Shown one piece after another: positions 29,879-39,870 of a stretch of DNA of 64,000 bases. The stretch covers positions 585,474-649,473 of the forward strand of contig JAHQWK010000001.1 in the NCBI GenBank assembly GCA_029856145.1, read 5' to 3'. The stretch is from Promethearchaeia archaeon. Lineage in GTDB: Archaea; Asgardarchaeota; Lokiarchaeia; Sigyniarchaeales; SOKP01. Below the pieces are notes generated by a model. That model searched no databases. It was not told the DNA's origin and worked only from the letters and a program-made list of their open reading frames with translations. Each line of letters starts with the position of its first letter. The stretch's first letter is position 1. The translations under genes were made by a program, and so were the position numbers.

Positions 29879-30919
29879 ATGAAAAATCCTTTTAATAAAT
29901 TCTATCATGTTCCAAATTCAAAAGAATTTTTAGATATTGCTTTTAAAAGAGGGATGAAGAGTTCTGCTCAAGTCTCTCAGAATGCTCCAATACTAATTAA
30001 AGCAAAAAAGAAAGAATCTAAGCGTATAAAAGTTGCTATTGAAGAAATCATAGATAGAATTCTAAAAGTCATAAAAATGGTTCCAATTATCGATGATCTC
30101 CCTGATTTTTATAGAGAGTTAGCATCCATTTTAGTTAATATTGATGAATTGAAATTAACCCTAGGAAAAATAAATGGAATTTTACCCGTTCTTAGAAAAA
30201 TTAAACGAGAATATATTAAAAAATTAAATAGAATAGAAGCTCCAAAAGAGGGTGATCAATTACGAAGAGCTGCTTTTGGAAGGATATCCTCAATTATCAA
30301 TAAACAGAACAAAAATCTTGAATATCTAAATAAGATTAGAGGACGTTTGAGAGAAATACCTTCAATTGATTATACTATGCCGTGTGTAGTTGTTGCGGGA
30401 TATCCAAATGTAGGAAAAAGTAGTATAGTTAAAAATATATCAACAAATAAAAAAATAGAAGTGAAAGAATATCCCTTTACAACTAAAAAATTATACATGG
30501 GGCATTTAGAAATTGAAAGAAGATTTGATAAAATTAAAATTCAATGCCTAGATACTCCTGGGATTTTAGACCGTCCTATGGGTAAAAGAAATAATATCGA
30601 ATTACAGGCGATTTTAGCTTTACGCTTAATATCTGATCTTATAATTTTTGTTTTTGATCCAACTATAAGTTCAGGATATAGCGTTGAATCTCAAATTGAA
30701 TTATATAATGAAATTAGGTATAATTTTTCAAAGGAAGGTCAAATAGAAATTCTTATTATATTTAATAAAATGGATTTAGCTAGAGATTCAGAAATTCAAT
30801 ATTTAAGAGAAAAAGTAAACCTGAAGGAAAATGAATATTATTTAATTAACGCTCTTACGGGAGAGAATCTTGATAAACTAATTAGTGATTTAAAAGAACG
30901 ATACAGGGGTAATGAGTAA
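29879..30919 (+). CDS. NOG1-family GTPase
   Basis: LPDFYREL, FGRISS, AGYPNVGKSS, YPFTTK, DTPGILDRP..RNNIE, NKMD. Confidence 0.93.
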   Translation: MKNPFNKFYHVPNSKEFLDIAFKRGMKSSAQVSQNAPILIKAKKKESKRIKVAIEEIIDRILKVIKMVPIIDDLPDFYRELASILVNIDELKLTLGKINGILPVLRKIKREYIKKLNRIEAPKEGDQLRRAAFGRISSIINKQNKNLEYLNKIRGRLREIPSIDYTMPCVVVAGYPNVGKSSIVKNISTNKKIEVKEYPFTTKKLYMGHLEIERRFDKIKIQCLDTPGILDRPMGKRNNIELQAILALRLISDLIIFVFDPTISSGYSVESQIELYNEIRYNFSKEGQIEILIIFNKMDLARDSEIQYLREKVNLKENEYYLINALTGENLDKLISDLKERYRGNE

Positions 30920-31998
30920 TAATCATTTTGGGCCTGGATATTGGAGGAGCAAACACGAAAGCGGTTTTAATACACTTTAAAGATAAAATAATTGCTAAGT
31001 CTTATTTATATATAGAATATTTTCCATTCTGGGAAAAAACAATTAAAGAAATCCCTGAAATGTTAAGCAGAGTAATTGAAAATTTATTCGAAAAGAATAA
31101 CTTTAACCTAGAAATGATTGACAATTTTGCCGTTACCATTACAGCTGAACTTTCCGATGCATTCCAAACGAAAAGAGAGGGAATCTTAATAATTTTAAAC
31201 GCACTTAAAAAAGTATTTAATAAGGAGAGATTGAGATTTATTACAAATGAATGTAAATTTATTGATTATAGCATAGCTAAATCTAATTATTCCTCAATTG
31301 CAGCAGCTAATTGGGCGTCATCAGCTTTGTTTTTGGGAAAGTTTACACCAACATGTGTTTTAATTGATGCAGGTTCAACAACGATTGATATTATTCCTAT
31401 ATACGAATCAGTTCCAGTACCAAATGGAAAAGATGATATTTCTCGTCTAATAAACCATGAATTAATCTATACAGGAGGTTTAAGAGCGACAATTCCTTCT
31501 ATTTCTCATCATATTCCTTATAAAGGTAAAAGAATACGTGTGTCATTTGAAAAATTTGCGTTAATTTCTGATGTTCATAGAATTTTGAATAATATCACAG
31601 AGGAAGAATACATTAATGATACTGCTGATAATCGTTCAAAAACCTTAGAAAATTGCTACGCTCGACTTTCTCGGGTAATTTGTATGGACCTTGAAACAAT
31701 TTCAAAAGAAGATTTAGATTTAATAGCTAATTTTATTTATCAAAAACAATTAGATATTATTACAAGAGAAATTAGAGCTTTTATGGATAATCTTACTATA
31801 AGATTCAAGGAATTTAATGATAATCCTAAATTTGTAATAACTGGTTTATCTGCTGATTTTCTAATAAGAAAACCACTCCAAAATTTAGGATTTACCAATA
31901 TTATCAATTATGAGAAATTAACAAAAATTCCTGACAATATTAGCTCATCAGCTTTCGCTGTTGCGGGAGCATTATATAATCAAATACAACATACATGA
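30919..31998 (+). CDS. mfnF: MfnF-like ASKHA-fold protein (methanofuran biosynthesis / H4MPT-linked C1 pathway)
   Basis: LGLDIGGANTK, TAELSDAF..KREG, AAANW, DAGSTTIDIIP, LIYTG.LRA; start inferred at ATA 30919 (ORF track gives TTG 30928). Confidence 0.8.
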   Translation: MIILGLDIGGANTKAVLIHFKDKIIAKSYLYIEYFPFWEKTIKEIPEMLSRVIENLFEKNNFNLEMIDNFAVTITAELSDAFQTKREGILIILNALKKVFNKERLRFITNECKFIDYSIAKSNYSSIAAANWASSALFLGKFTPTCVLIDAGSTTIDIIPIYESVPVPNGKDDISRLINHELIYTGGLRATIPSISHHIPYKGKRIRVSFEKFALISDVHRILNNITEEEYINDTADNRSKTLENCYARLSRVICMDLETISKEDLDLIANFIYQKQLDIITREIRAFMDNLTIRFKEFNDNPKFVITGLSADFLIRKPLQNLGFTNIINYEKLTKIPDNISSSAFAVAGALYNQIQHT

Positions 31999-32005
31999 TA
32001 AAAAT

Positions 32006-32728
32006 ATGAAATATAAAACTGCTGTGTTTAAAATTGGAGGAAAAATCTTTGAAGATTTTGAAAATTTGAAATCTACAATTTCTCAATTGAAACAATTATA
32101 TGATGAAAATTTGATTGATAAAATAGTCTTAATTCCCGGAGGTGGCTCGTTCGCAAACTTTATTCGTAAAATATATAGTGAATTAAAGTTTACTGAAGAA
32201 ATTGCTCATTGGATGGGAATTATCTCTATGAACTATAATGGATTAGAGATAAGTAAGAAATTTCCTAGCTTACAAGTTATTGAAAGCTATGATAAATTAA
32301 AAGAAAACAGTAAAACTTTCTGTGTATTTTTACCTTACGAATTTATAAAAGAAAATGACAAATTGCCCCATAGTTGGGATGTTACATCTGATTCGATATC
32401 ATTATTCATAGCGAAAAAACTCGAATTAAATGAATGTTTTTTAATTAAAGATATTGATGGTATTTTAAATAATAAAAATCAGGTTATAAAAGAGATTTCT
32501 ACTTCAAAATTCAACGATATGAAAAAATCAGGTAAGTTAGCTGAATTTTTGTCTAAAAATAACGGATTAAAGGAAAAAACAACTCCAATAGATCCTTATA
32601 CAACGATTTTGATAAATAAATATAAGATTTCTTGTATTATTTTAAATGGATCAAAAAATTACCAGAGAATCTTAAATTACTTTAAATCAACTAAACCAGA
32701 AGATAAAATTTACACAAAAATCATATAA
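32006..32728 (+). CDS. mfnE: MfnE-like amino-acid-kinase-family protein
   Basis: VFKIGG, IPGGGSFA..IR, AHWMGI, LPHSWDVTSDSI, KDIDG; adjacent to mfnF. Confidence 0.8.
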   Translation: MKYKTAVFKIGGKIFEDFENLKSTISQLKQLYDENLIDKIVLIPGGGSFANFIRKIYSELKFTEEIAHWMGIISMNYNGLEISKKFPSLQVIESYDKLKENSKTFCVFLPYEFIKENDKLPHSWDVTSDSISLFIAKKLELNECFLIKDIDGILNNKNQVIKEISTSKFNDMKKSGKLAEFLSKNNGLKEKTTPIDPYTTILINKYKISCIILNGSKNYQRILNYFKSTKPEDKIYTKII

Positions 32729-32868
32729 AAAACTATTCAAGCAAAATAGCTTGGGTTTAATGATAATTTTGTTAAATTTTAGGATTAAAATTAAAGTTTT
32801 AATTAAATTGAACTTAAATTATAATTAATATAATAATTAAATTCAACAAAAACAAGAGTGAAATCAAC

Positions 32869-33369
32869 ATGGATATTGAAGAAATGAAAAAAAATGCAGA
32901 ATTTCTAATAAAAAATATGAAAGGGATGGAAATTCCTGGATCTACAACTGTAAACATTAGATATAGAAATATGGTTAATTTTGCTAAAGTTTATGGCATA
33001 TCAGATCCCAAATATATTGGGTCAGAGGAACAAGGCGTTGTCGCATGTCATGCGTTTGCTAACTATTTTACAATCAAAGCAATTTACAAATTGCTTTTAG
33101 GGTTTAAATTAAATCAAGATGGCAAAGAACGTGGAATTATGCTTGATCCAGGTAAACTTTTACATGCAGGTAATCGATATAATTGGGAAGGATGCGTTGA
33201 TGTCAATCCTGGGGATAAACTAACAGTTACAGGAAAATGTACTGCTGTAAAGTTAGTAGAAAAAAATATGATGTTGTTTGCTGATTTTTTAGTACATGTT
33301 AAAAATCAAAATAACAAACCAGTTTGTGATATTACAATTTCTGCTGGTTTTCGTAAAGGAGGGTATTAA
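32869..33369 (+). CDS. MaoC-like hot-dog dehydratase, N-type subunit
   Basis: FAKVYG..DP.Y, LLHAG..Y....V.PGD.L. Confidence 0.8.
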   Translation: MDIEEMKKNAEFLIKNMKGMEIPGSTTVNIRYRNMVNFAKVYGISDPKYIGSEEQGVVACHAFANYFTIKAIYKLLLGFKLNQDGKERGIMLDPGKLLHAGNRYNWEGCVDVNPGDKLTVTGKCTAVKLVEKNMMLFADFLVHVKNQNNKPVCDITISAGFRKGGY

Positions 33370-33370
33370 A

Positions 33371-33919
33371 ATGGTTAAAATCTCAGATTTGGAAGTTGGA
33401 CAAGTATTAAAAAATGAATTTGAAGGAATCACAAGAGATCTACTAAAACAATACGCAAAGGCATCAGGAGATACGAATCCTATTCATACTAATGATGTTG
33501 TGGCTGAAAGAGCAGGACTTAAAGGGGTTATTGGTCATGGATTACTAAGTTTTGGCTTTATTTCGAAATTATTCGAAGATTTTCTCGAACATGGGAAATA
33601 TGGGAAAATGATTGATATTAAAGTACAAATGCGAGGTATGGTAAGGTGTGGTGATCTTCTCATCACTGAAGCAACAGTTAATAAGATTGAAGGTAAAAGA
33701 GTACATTTTGACGTAGTACAAACAACCGTAACAAGTGTTGATATAAAGGATAAAGATGGTAAGGTTTTAAAACAATTTGAAGCTGGTGAAAGAGGTTATA
33801 TATCAGAAAAAGATATTGAACGAGGTTTAGTAAAGACTAAAGAAGTACCCGAAGGAACTTTAACTTATCGAGAAAGAATAGCAACTCCTGGAGAAGCTAT
33901 CATTGAACTTTTTGAATAG
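33371..33919 (+). CDS. MaoC-family dehydratase
   Basis: YAKASGDTNPIHTND..A..AGL..VIGHG; true start at ATG 33371. Confidence 0.9.
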   Translation: MVKISDLEVGQVLKNEFEGITRDLLKQYAKASGDTNPIHTNDVVAERAGLKGVIGHGLLSFGFISKLFEDFLEHGKYGKMIDIKVQMRGMVRCGDLLITEATVNKIEGKRVHFDVVQTTVTSVDIKDKDGKVLKQFEAGERGYISEKDIERGLVKTKEVPEGTLTYRERIATPGEAIIELFE

Positions 33920-34194
33920 AAATAAAAAAATTCTATAAAACTTTTAATATCTTAATCTTTTTTTATATATCTTTCAAATATAATGCGTATTCTTCCAATA
34001 ATTACAGTTATTGAAATTTTGAATTTTAGAAAGATTTAGTTATATCATTTATTTATAGATTTAATCAACGAACTATGGTAAGAGTAGATAGTTCCTTTGA
34101 AGTATCTAATATAAATATAAATATTTATACTACTTTGATAGAAGAGATATTTGAAATAATAATTTAAAAAAAAAAATTCTGTTTTCCTACCACA

Positions 34195-37167
34195 TTGACA
34201 ACCCAAGAACCCTTAGACTCCCAAGAACCCTTAGATACCGAAAAAATAGAGAGTTTAATTATAAATGGGTATAATGAAAAGGCTGCTGAGGAATTATTTG
34301 GAATTATTGAAAATTATAAAAACCATTCCGATAAAGAATTAATTTATCGAAGTCTTAGCTTACTAAATTTAATTTGTGATAAATCTCCTTCGATTTCGAC
34401 GAGATCAATAAAAAATTTAAATCAGTTTGTTAACGATTCTGATTCTTGGATTAGATTAGTTTCATTAGAAATCTCATATCAGATAAGTTTGTTTAGACCT
34501 AATCTCTTACTTGAATTACTTGAAAAAATTCGAGGACGTTTATATGACCAGGATCCTTCTGTAAGGAGACTAACTGTAAAGATCATAGGTAATCTGATCT
34601 TATCTTTATATATAGAAACGGGTGAATTACAAGAAATAGTTGAAGAATACACAGAGAAACTAATGGATAATGACTGGAAAGTTAAATTAAATGTAATTAA
34701 AACAATCCAGAGGGTTTTAAATCAAGATTATACGAAAATTCGAAATTTAGAACCTCTATTATCAATGGTAATTATTAATCTAAGAGATGAAGATGATGAT
34801 GTTGCTAGAGCAGCAGCAGAGCTTTTGAAAATTCATGGGACATATTTCTTGACGAAAGAGAAGATATTTTATATCTTATTAAACCTTCTCTATAATGAGG
34901 AGAATCGTGTTAAAGAACTCATTATTTGGCTTTTTGGAGAAATTGGTAAAGAAAAATCATCAGAGATAATCTCAATAATCCCAAAATTGATTAATATCTT
35001 AAAGGAAAAAGATTATAGAATTCAGTCAAAAATTATTGAAGCACTTGTCAATATTGCTGAAAATAATTTTGATCAAATTTGGGCAAATTTATTGCATTCT
35101 CTATTAGAAGCAAGTGATTCTAATTATAGAAATTCTTTAATAAATGCAATTTTTCATCTTTGTCGAAAAAATATTATTGAAATATTTCCATATTTGTTTG
35201 AGGAATTAGAAAATCCATCTGAAAATATTAGAGAAGGTATTGCATTAGTATTTAAACGTTTATTTGAAGAATACCAGATTGAAATAGAAAATGAAATTAC
35301 TAAAATCATCTACCAGTTAGAATCACGATTTTGGCGAGAAAGAAAGAAGACTATCATATTATTACAAAATACATGTTTTATCTTAGAAAGTAAAAAAATT
35401 GCGGTGTGGATTACAATTGAATTGAACAATGCTTTAAATATTGAAAAAGATCCAGAAGTTAAGGATGAAATCATTTATACATTAAAAAATATTAGGTCAA
35501 AATTTTCAGATATTGACGATACTATTGAAAGAATTAATAATGAATTATCCATATTTGAGAAGAGAATTGTCGAATTTCAAAAAATTCCTGCTCAATTTAG
35601 AGAAAAATTAAATTCATATATTCAGAATTTCAAGTTTAACGATACAGAGATTCAGTTAAATAGAAAGTATAGTAAAATTCTCAAAAAAATCAAAAAATTT
35701 GATAATATTATTAAAAAATTTGACTACAAAAGATTAGCATTCGAATTAGTCGAAGACTGGGAAGATACAAGAGTACAAATTATTGAAGAATTAAGTATTA
35801 TTAAAGGCTTCATCTCAGAAATCTGTGAAGAGAAAAAATCCGAATTTGTTTCGAATTTGAAAGAAAAAATTAATGTATTAACTAATCGCGTTGATGTTTT
35901 GAAAGCAGAGTTTGAATATATCAAAGAAAAAAAATTCGAAATTGAAATTGATGAAGGAGTATCTAATGTTGAATTTATCTATAGCCAAGATGATAAACTT
36001 GGATATATAACACAGATAAGAAAAAAATTATTTAAACTAGATGGTGATATTAGAGAATTACTAATAGGTAACGTTGAATTTAATGAAATCTTCAAAGATC
36101 TTCTGCAAAAATGGGTTGAAACTAAAATTGACATCCAAGAGTATTTGAATGACCTAGATCGCCAAATTAAATTAATGAAAGATAAACTGATCAATTATTT
36201 AACTCAGCCAGGAATAATTACTGAAAGTGCAAAAAGCACTGAGTTCAATGGAATTAGTAATGAATTAAGCTTTCAACTACTTCAAGGACATATACAATCA
36301 ATCATTACAGAGAGAATTGAAGGTATGAAAAATTTCAATGAGGATTTTACTAAATTAATCGAAAAACTTGATACCCTAATAAAAAAAAATGAATTTTCAG
36401 ATGCACAAAGATTACTAGAAATGAATTCAACCCAAATTCAAAACTACATCGAAGATACTGAAAAACAAATTGATGCAATTATAGGAAGAGAAAATGTATT
36501 TGAAGATAATAATGTTTTTAATTTATATATAAGACCCTATCTTAACAAAATTAATGCCTTAAAAGAATTATTAATAAATCGATTAAAAAATTTTGTTAGA
36601 AAATCTAATAATAAGCTATATCTAAATCAGATTAAATACTACCTCAAAATGATTAATCCCATTAAGTTAGATCTACTTGCTAATTATATTAAATTAGATA
36701 TCGAACGATTAAAAGACTTAGTTCTTAAATTTATAAGTAAGAATAAGTTGAATGCTAAAATTATAAATGAAAAATTATATTTCCAACAAATTGAATCCGA
36801 GATACATGACTCAAAAGAAATTCTCTTCTTTAAGAACATAAAGACAATCGGAAATGAAATTTATCTCAACTTTAAATTAACTAATCCCTCAAATTTTGAT
36901 TTCAAGGATTTGCAGATATCTCTAAAGGTACCCTCTTATCTTAATTTTCAACGAAAAGAAAGTTTTCCAAAATATCTACAATTAAATGAATTAAAACCTG
37001 GAAAGAATTTCCAATTCAATTATGTGCTTAAAGTAGATAAACAGAAAGAGCTTAAGAAAAACCTGTTTGACCCTTCGGCTGATGAAATTAAACTGGACTT
37101 ACATTATAGAGATGAATTCGATATTGCCCGAAAGACTACAAAACATATAGATTTATTTATTCGATAA
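34195..37167 (+). CDS. HEAT-repeat / coiled-coil / PCI-like / Ig-like appendage protein
   Basis: HEAT units (DSDSWIR, DQDPSVR, DNDWKVK, DEDDDVA, NPSENIR); PIKLDLLA..I....L...I....LNAKI winged helix; C-terminal beta-sandwich. Confidence 0.75.
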   Translation: MTTQEPLDSQEPLDTEKIESLIINGYNEKAAEELFGIIENYKNHSDKELIYRSLSLLNLICDKSPSISTRSIKNLNQFVNDSDSWIRLVSLEISYQISLFRPNLLLELLEKIRGRLYDQDPSVRRLTVKIIGNLILSLYIETGELQEIVEEYTEKLMDNDWKVKLNVIKTIQRVLNQDYTKIRNLEPLLSMVIINLRDEDDDVARAAAELLKIHGTYFLTKEKIFYILLNLLYNEENRVKELIIWLFGEIGKEKSSEIISIIPKLINILKEKDYRIQSKIIEALVNIAENNFDQIWANLLHSLLEASDSNYRNSLINAIFHLCRKNIIEIFPYLFEELENPSENIREGIALVFKRLFEEYQIEIENEITKIIYQLESRFWRERKKTIILLQNTCFILESKKIAVWITIELNNALNIEKDPEVKDEIIYTLKNIRSKFSDIDDTIERINNELSIFEKRIVEFQKIPAQFREKLNSYIQNFKFNDTEIQLNRKYSKILKKIKKFDNIIKKFDYKRLAFELVEDWEDTRVQIIEELSIIKGFISEICEEKKSEFVSNLKEKINVLTNRVDVLKAEFEYIKEKKFEIEIDEGVSNVEFIYSQDDKLGYITQIRKKLFKLDGDIRELLIGNVEFNEIFKDLLQKWVETKIDIQEYLNDLDRQIKLMKDKLINYLTQPGIITESAKSTEFNGISNELSFQLLQGHIQSIITERIEGMKNFNEDFTKLIEKLDTLIKKNEFSDAQRLLEMNSTQIQNYIEDTEKQIDAIIGRENVFEDNNVFNLYIRPYLNKINALKELLINRLKNFVRKSNNKLYLNQIKYYLKMINPIKLDLLANYIKLDIERLKDLVLKFISKNKLNAKIINEKLYFQQIESEIHDSKEILFFKNIKTIGNEIYLNFKLTNPSNFDFKDLQISLKVPSYLNFQRKESFPKYLQLNELKPGKNFQFNYVLKVDKQKELKKNLFDPSADEIKLDLHYRDEFDIARKTTKHIDLFIR

Positions 37168-37354
37168 ATTTACATGAAGATTTCAAATATTTATATTCTT
37201 TTTTTCTAACTATAAGATATTTTAACGAATTTATTTATAATATAATCTCGTTTATCGGAAAAATAAATAAAAAATATGGAAAAAATTAATATATATATCT
37301 ATTCTATCTTACTCTACCAGTAAATTTATGCAAATTTATAGAACGAGGTGAAGA

Positions 37355-38389
37355 ATGCAAGAAATTGAGAGTTATCGATTAACTTTACAGACTAAATTGT
37401 TCGGGTGAAATTGTAAATTATCAAGGGAAAAATTAGAAGAACTCCTGACTAATGTTGGACTAAATAGTGATTTTGAAGATTCTGCTCTTATCCCTGTACC
37501 AAACACTAATCTTGTCATGGCTAAAAATATAGATATATTCACACCTATTATTGACGAACCCGAAATTATGGGAGAGATTGCTGTTGCTAATGTTACCAAT
37601 GATATATTTGCTCTAAATGTCCCAGAAATATCTGGTATGCTCGTATTTCTAGGAATAAAGAAAAATATGCCTATGTACATAGCAGAAGGAATATTAAATG
37701 GAATCAAAAATTTCATGGAGAATAAACTAAATTCGAAAATTCTTGGTGGACATACAATATATTCAGAATGGCCATTAATAGGAGGAGAAGCCTCGGGATT
37801 TGTAGATAAGAGCAAGATTATTAAAAAAGATTTTGTGAAAGATGGTGATAAGTTAATTCTTACAAAGCCAATAGGAAATCAAGCAATTATGGCAGCATAT
37901 AGACTTCAAAAAAACAATCCAGAACTCTTGGAGAACTATTCTATAAACGAGATTGATGCGTCTATAGATCTGGCTGTGAAATTAATGATTACGCCTCTTC
38001 AAGATGTTGTAAAAACTATTCATACATATAATGATATTTCATTTATTCATTCAATGACTGATATCAGTGGTTTTGGTCTCGCAGGACATTTAAAAGAAAT
38101 GCTTCAAAATTCGCATCTCTCAGCAATAATCGAAAAGATTCCTAGTATTAAACTGACAAGTGATTTAGCTTATGAATTTGGATATAAATTTGATGAATGT
38201 GAAATGCCAGAAACTGCGGGTGGGATGCTTCTATCTGTTGATCACGAATTTGCTGAAGAATTTTCACAGCGACTTGATAGTGAATACGGTGTGGAAAATT
38301 GGATTATAGGCACGATCGATAACATGAATAAACCTAAACATGTTCGCGTTTCCAAAAACGTTGAGCATATTGAAATTACAAAAATTTAA
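37355..38389 (+). CDS. selD: selenophosphate synthetase, selenoprotein (Sec18), copy 1
   Basis: GAGGTG SD and ATG at 37355; RLT..K.FG-U(TGA 37406-37408)-NCK; ED.A, DIFTP, NDIFA, GGHT, LTKP.G, TDISGFGLAGHL, PETAGGML. Confidence 0.93.
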
Positions 38390-38461
38390 CGATGTCAATG
38401 AAATAAGCAGAAACACATCATTGTGAGCGCTTATTGAGAATTCTGTTGTGCAACAGCATCG
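38390..38461 (+). promoter_or_regulatory. SECIS element (eukaryote-like) of selD copy 1
   Basis: CGATG/CATCG basal stem; ATGA..GA core; AATAAGC/GCTTATT helix; AAA; CACA/TGTG apical stem; extra hairpin CTGTT/AACAG. Confidence 0.85.
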
Positions 38462-38621
38462 AATATAATTGGTTGTTTTTACTTCTTATTTTTATTATTA
38501 TTAGATTTATTTATCGATAGAATTGATAAATAATATCGAAAGTTTTTATAGATAGTTAGAATTTGATTTATTGACTAACTATTAATCAAAATTTAATAAA
38601 AATCATAAAAAGTTGAGGTGT

Positions 38622-39650
38622 ATGGACAAAGAAACAAAATATCGATTAACTACAGATGTAAAGATACACGGATGAAGCTGTAAACTCAGGCAAAACGATT
38701 TAAATGATTTATTAGCGAATGTGGGATTAGCGGGAGACATCGAAGATGCTGCGATTGTACCCATACCTAACAGTGATTTGGTTCTTGTGAAAAATATTGA
38801 TATTTTCACGCCCATTATTGATGAACCCGAAATAGCGGGTGAAATTGCTGCGTGTAATGTTACAAATGATATATTTGCAATGAATGTTCCTGAGATATCG
38901 GGAATGCTTGTATTCTTAGCAATAAGTAATAGAACTCCAATAAAAGTAGCTGAAGGGATTCTAAAGGGTATTAAGTATTTCATGGAAGAAAAGATAAATT
39001 CTAAAGTGGTTGGTGGGCACACCATTTATAGCGAATGGCCATTAATGGGGGGTGAAGCCTCTGGATATATACATAAAGATGCCATTATTCAAAAACAAGG
39101 AGTAAAGAAAGGAGATAAATTAATTTTAACCAAACCAATAGGATTACAAGCAATTATGGCATCCTATAGGATTCTTAAAGACTTTCCGGAAATGTTAGAA
39201 CAATATTCGACTGACGAACTTCAAAAATCTATAGATCTTGCTATAAAAATTATGACAACTCCTAATCAGAATGTTGTCAAAGCAATACACTCCTACGATG
39301 ATTTTTCATTTGTCCATGCATTAACTGATATTACTGGATTTGGCTTAGCTGGTCATACTGCTGAAATGCTTCAGAATTCTGATCTCTCTGCAATAATAGA
39401 AACCGTGCCCTCGATAAAATTTTCTGAAGTAATATCTCATGAGTTAGGATATGCTTTTGATGAATGTAGATGCCATGAAACTGCGGGAGGCATGCTTATT
39501 GCCGTTGATCCTACTAGTGTAGAAGATTTCACAACAACACTTACAAGTAATAAAATTTCTAATTGGATCGTGGGAACAATAGATAACGTTCAGCCGGGTT
39601 TAGTTAGGATTTCAGAGAATGTTCAAAATATTGAATTTACAAAAATTTAA
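38622..39650 (+). CDS. selD: selenophosphate synthetase, selenoprotein (Sec18), copy 2
   Basis: GAGGTG and ATG at 38622; RLT..K.HG-U(TGA 38673-38675)-SCK; same SelD motifs as copy 1. Confidence 0.93.
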
Positions 39651-39723
39651 AGATGTCGATGAGATAAGTTGAAACACTTTATAGTGGGGACTTATTGAGA
39701 ATTCCACTTGCATGGTGGCATCT
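39651..39723 (+). promoter_or_regulatory. SECIS element (eukaryote-like) of selD copy 2
   Basis: AGATG/CATCT basal stem; ATGA..GA core; GATAAGTT/GACTTATT; AAA; CACT/AGTG; extra hairpin CCAC/GTGG; compensatory changes relative to copy 1. Confidence 0.85.
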
Positions 39724-39870
39724 AAATTGAAAAATGTTCTTCTGAAAGGGAGTTAAAGTTTTATATAATTAATAAAATCATCATACCATTTGTAAGGTCT
39801 AACTTCCCCAGAATTATTTTTTTTTTTTAATTATTATGCTTTATAACTTTTATTAATAAATCCTTAAGAA

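Noticed and set aside
34202-34237. 18-bp tandem repeat (QEPLDS/QEPLDT)
   Set aside because: Only two units, in frame in a disordered N-terminus; not CRISPR-like.
37355-39650. selD copies as nonsense pseudogenes
   Set aside because: TGA falls exactly at the catalytic Cys/Sec position in both copies and each has a SECIS.
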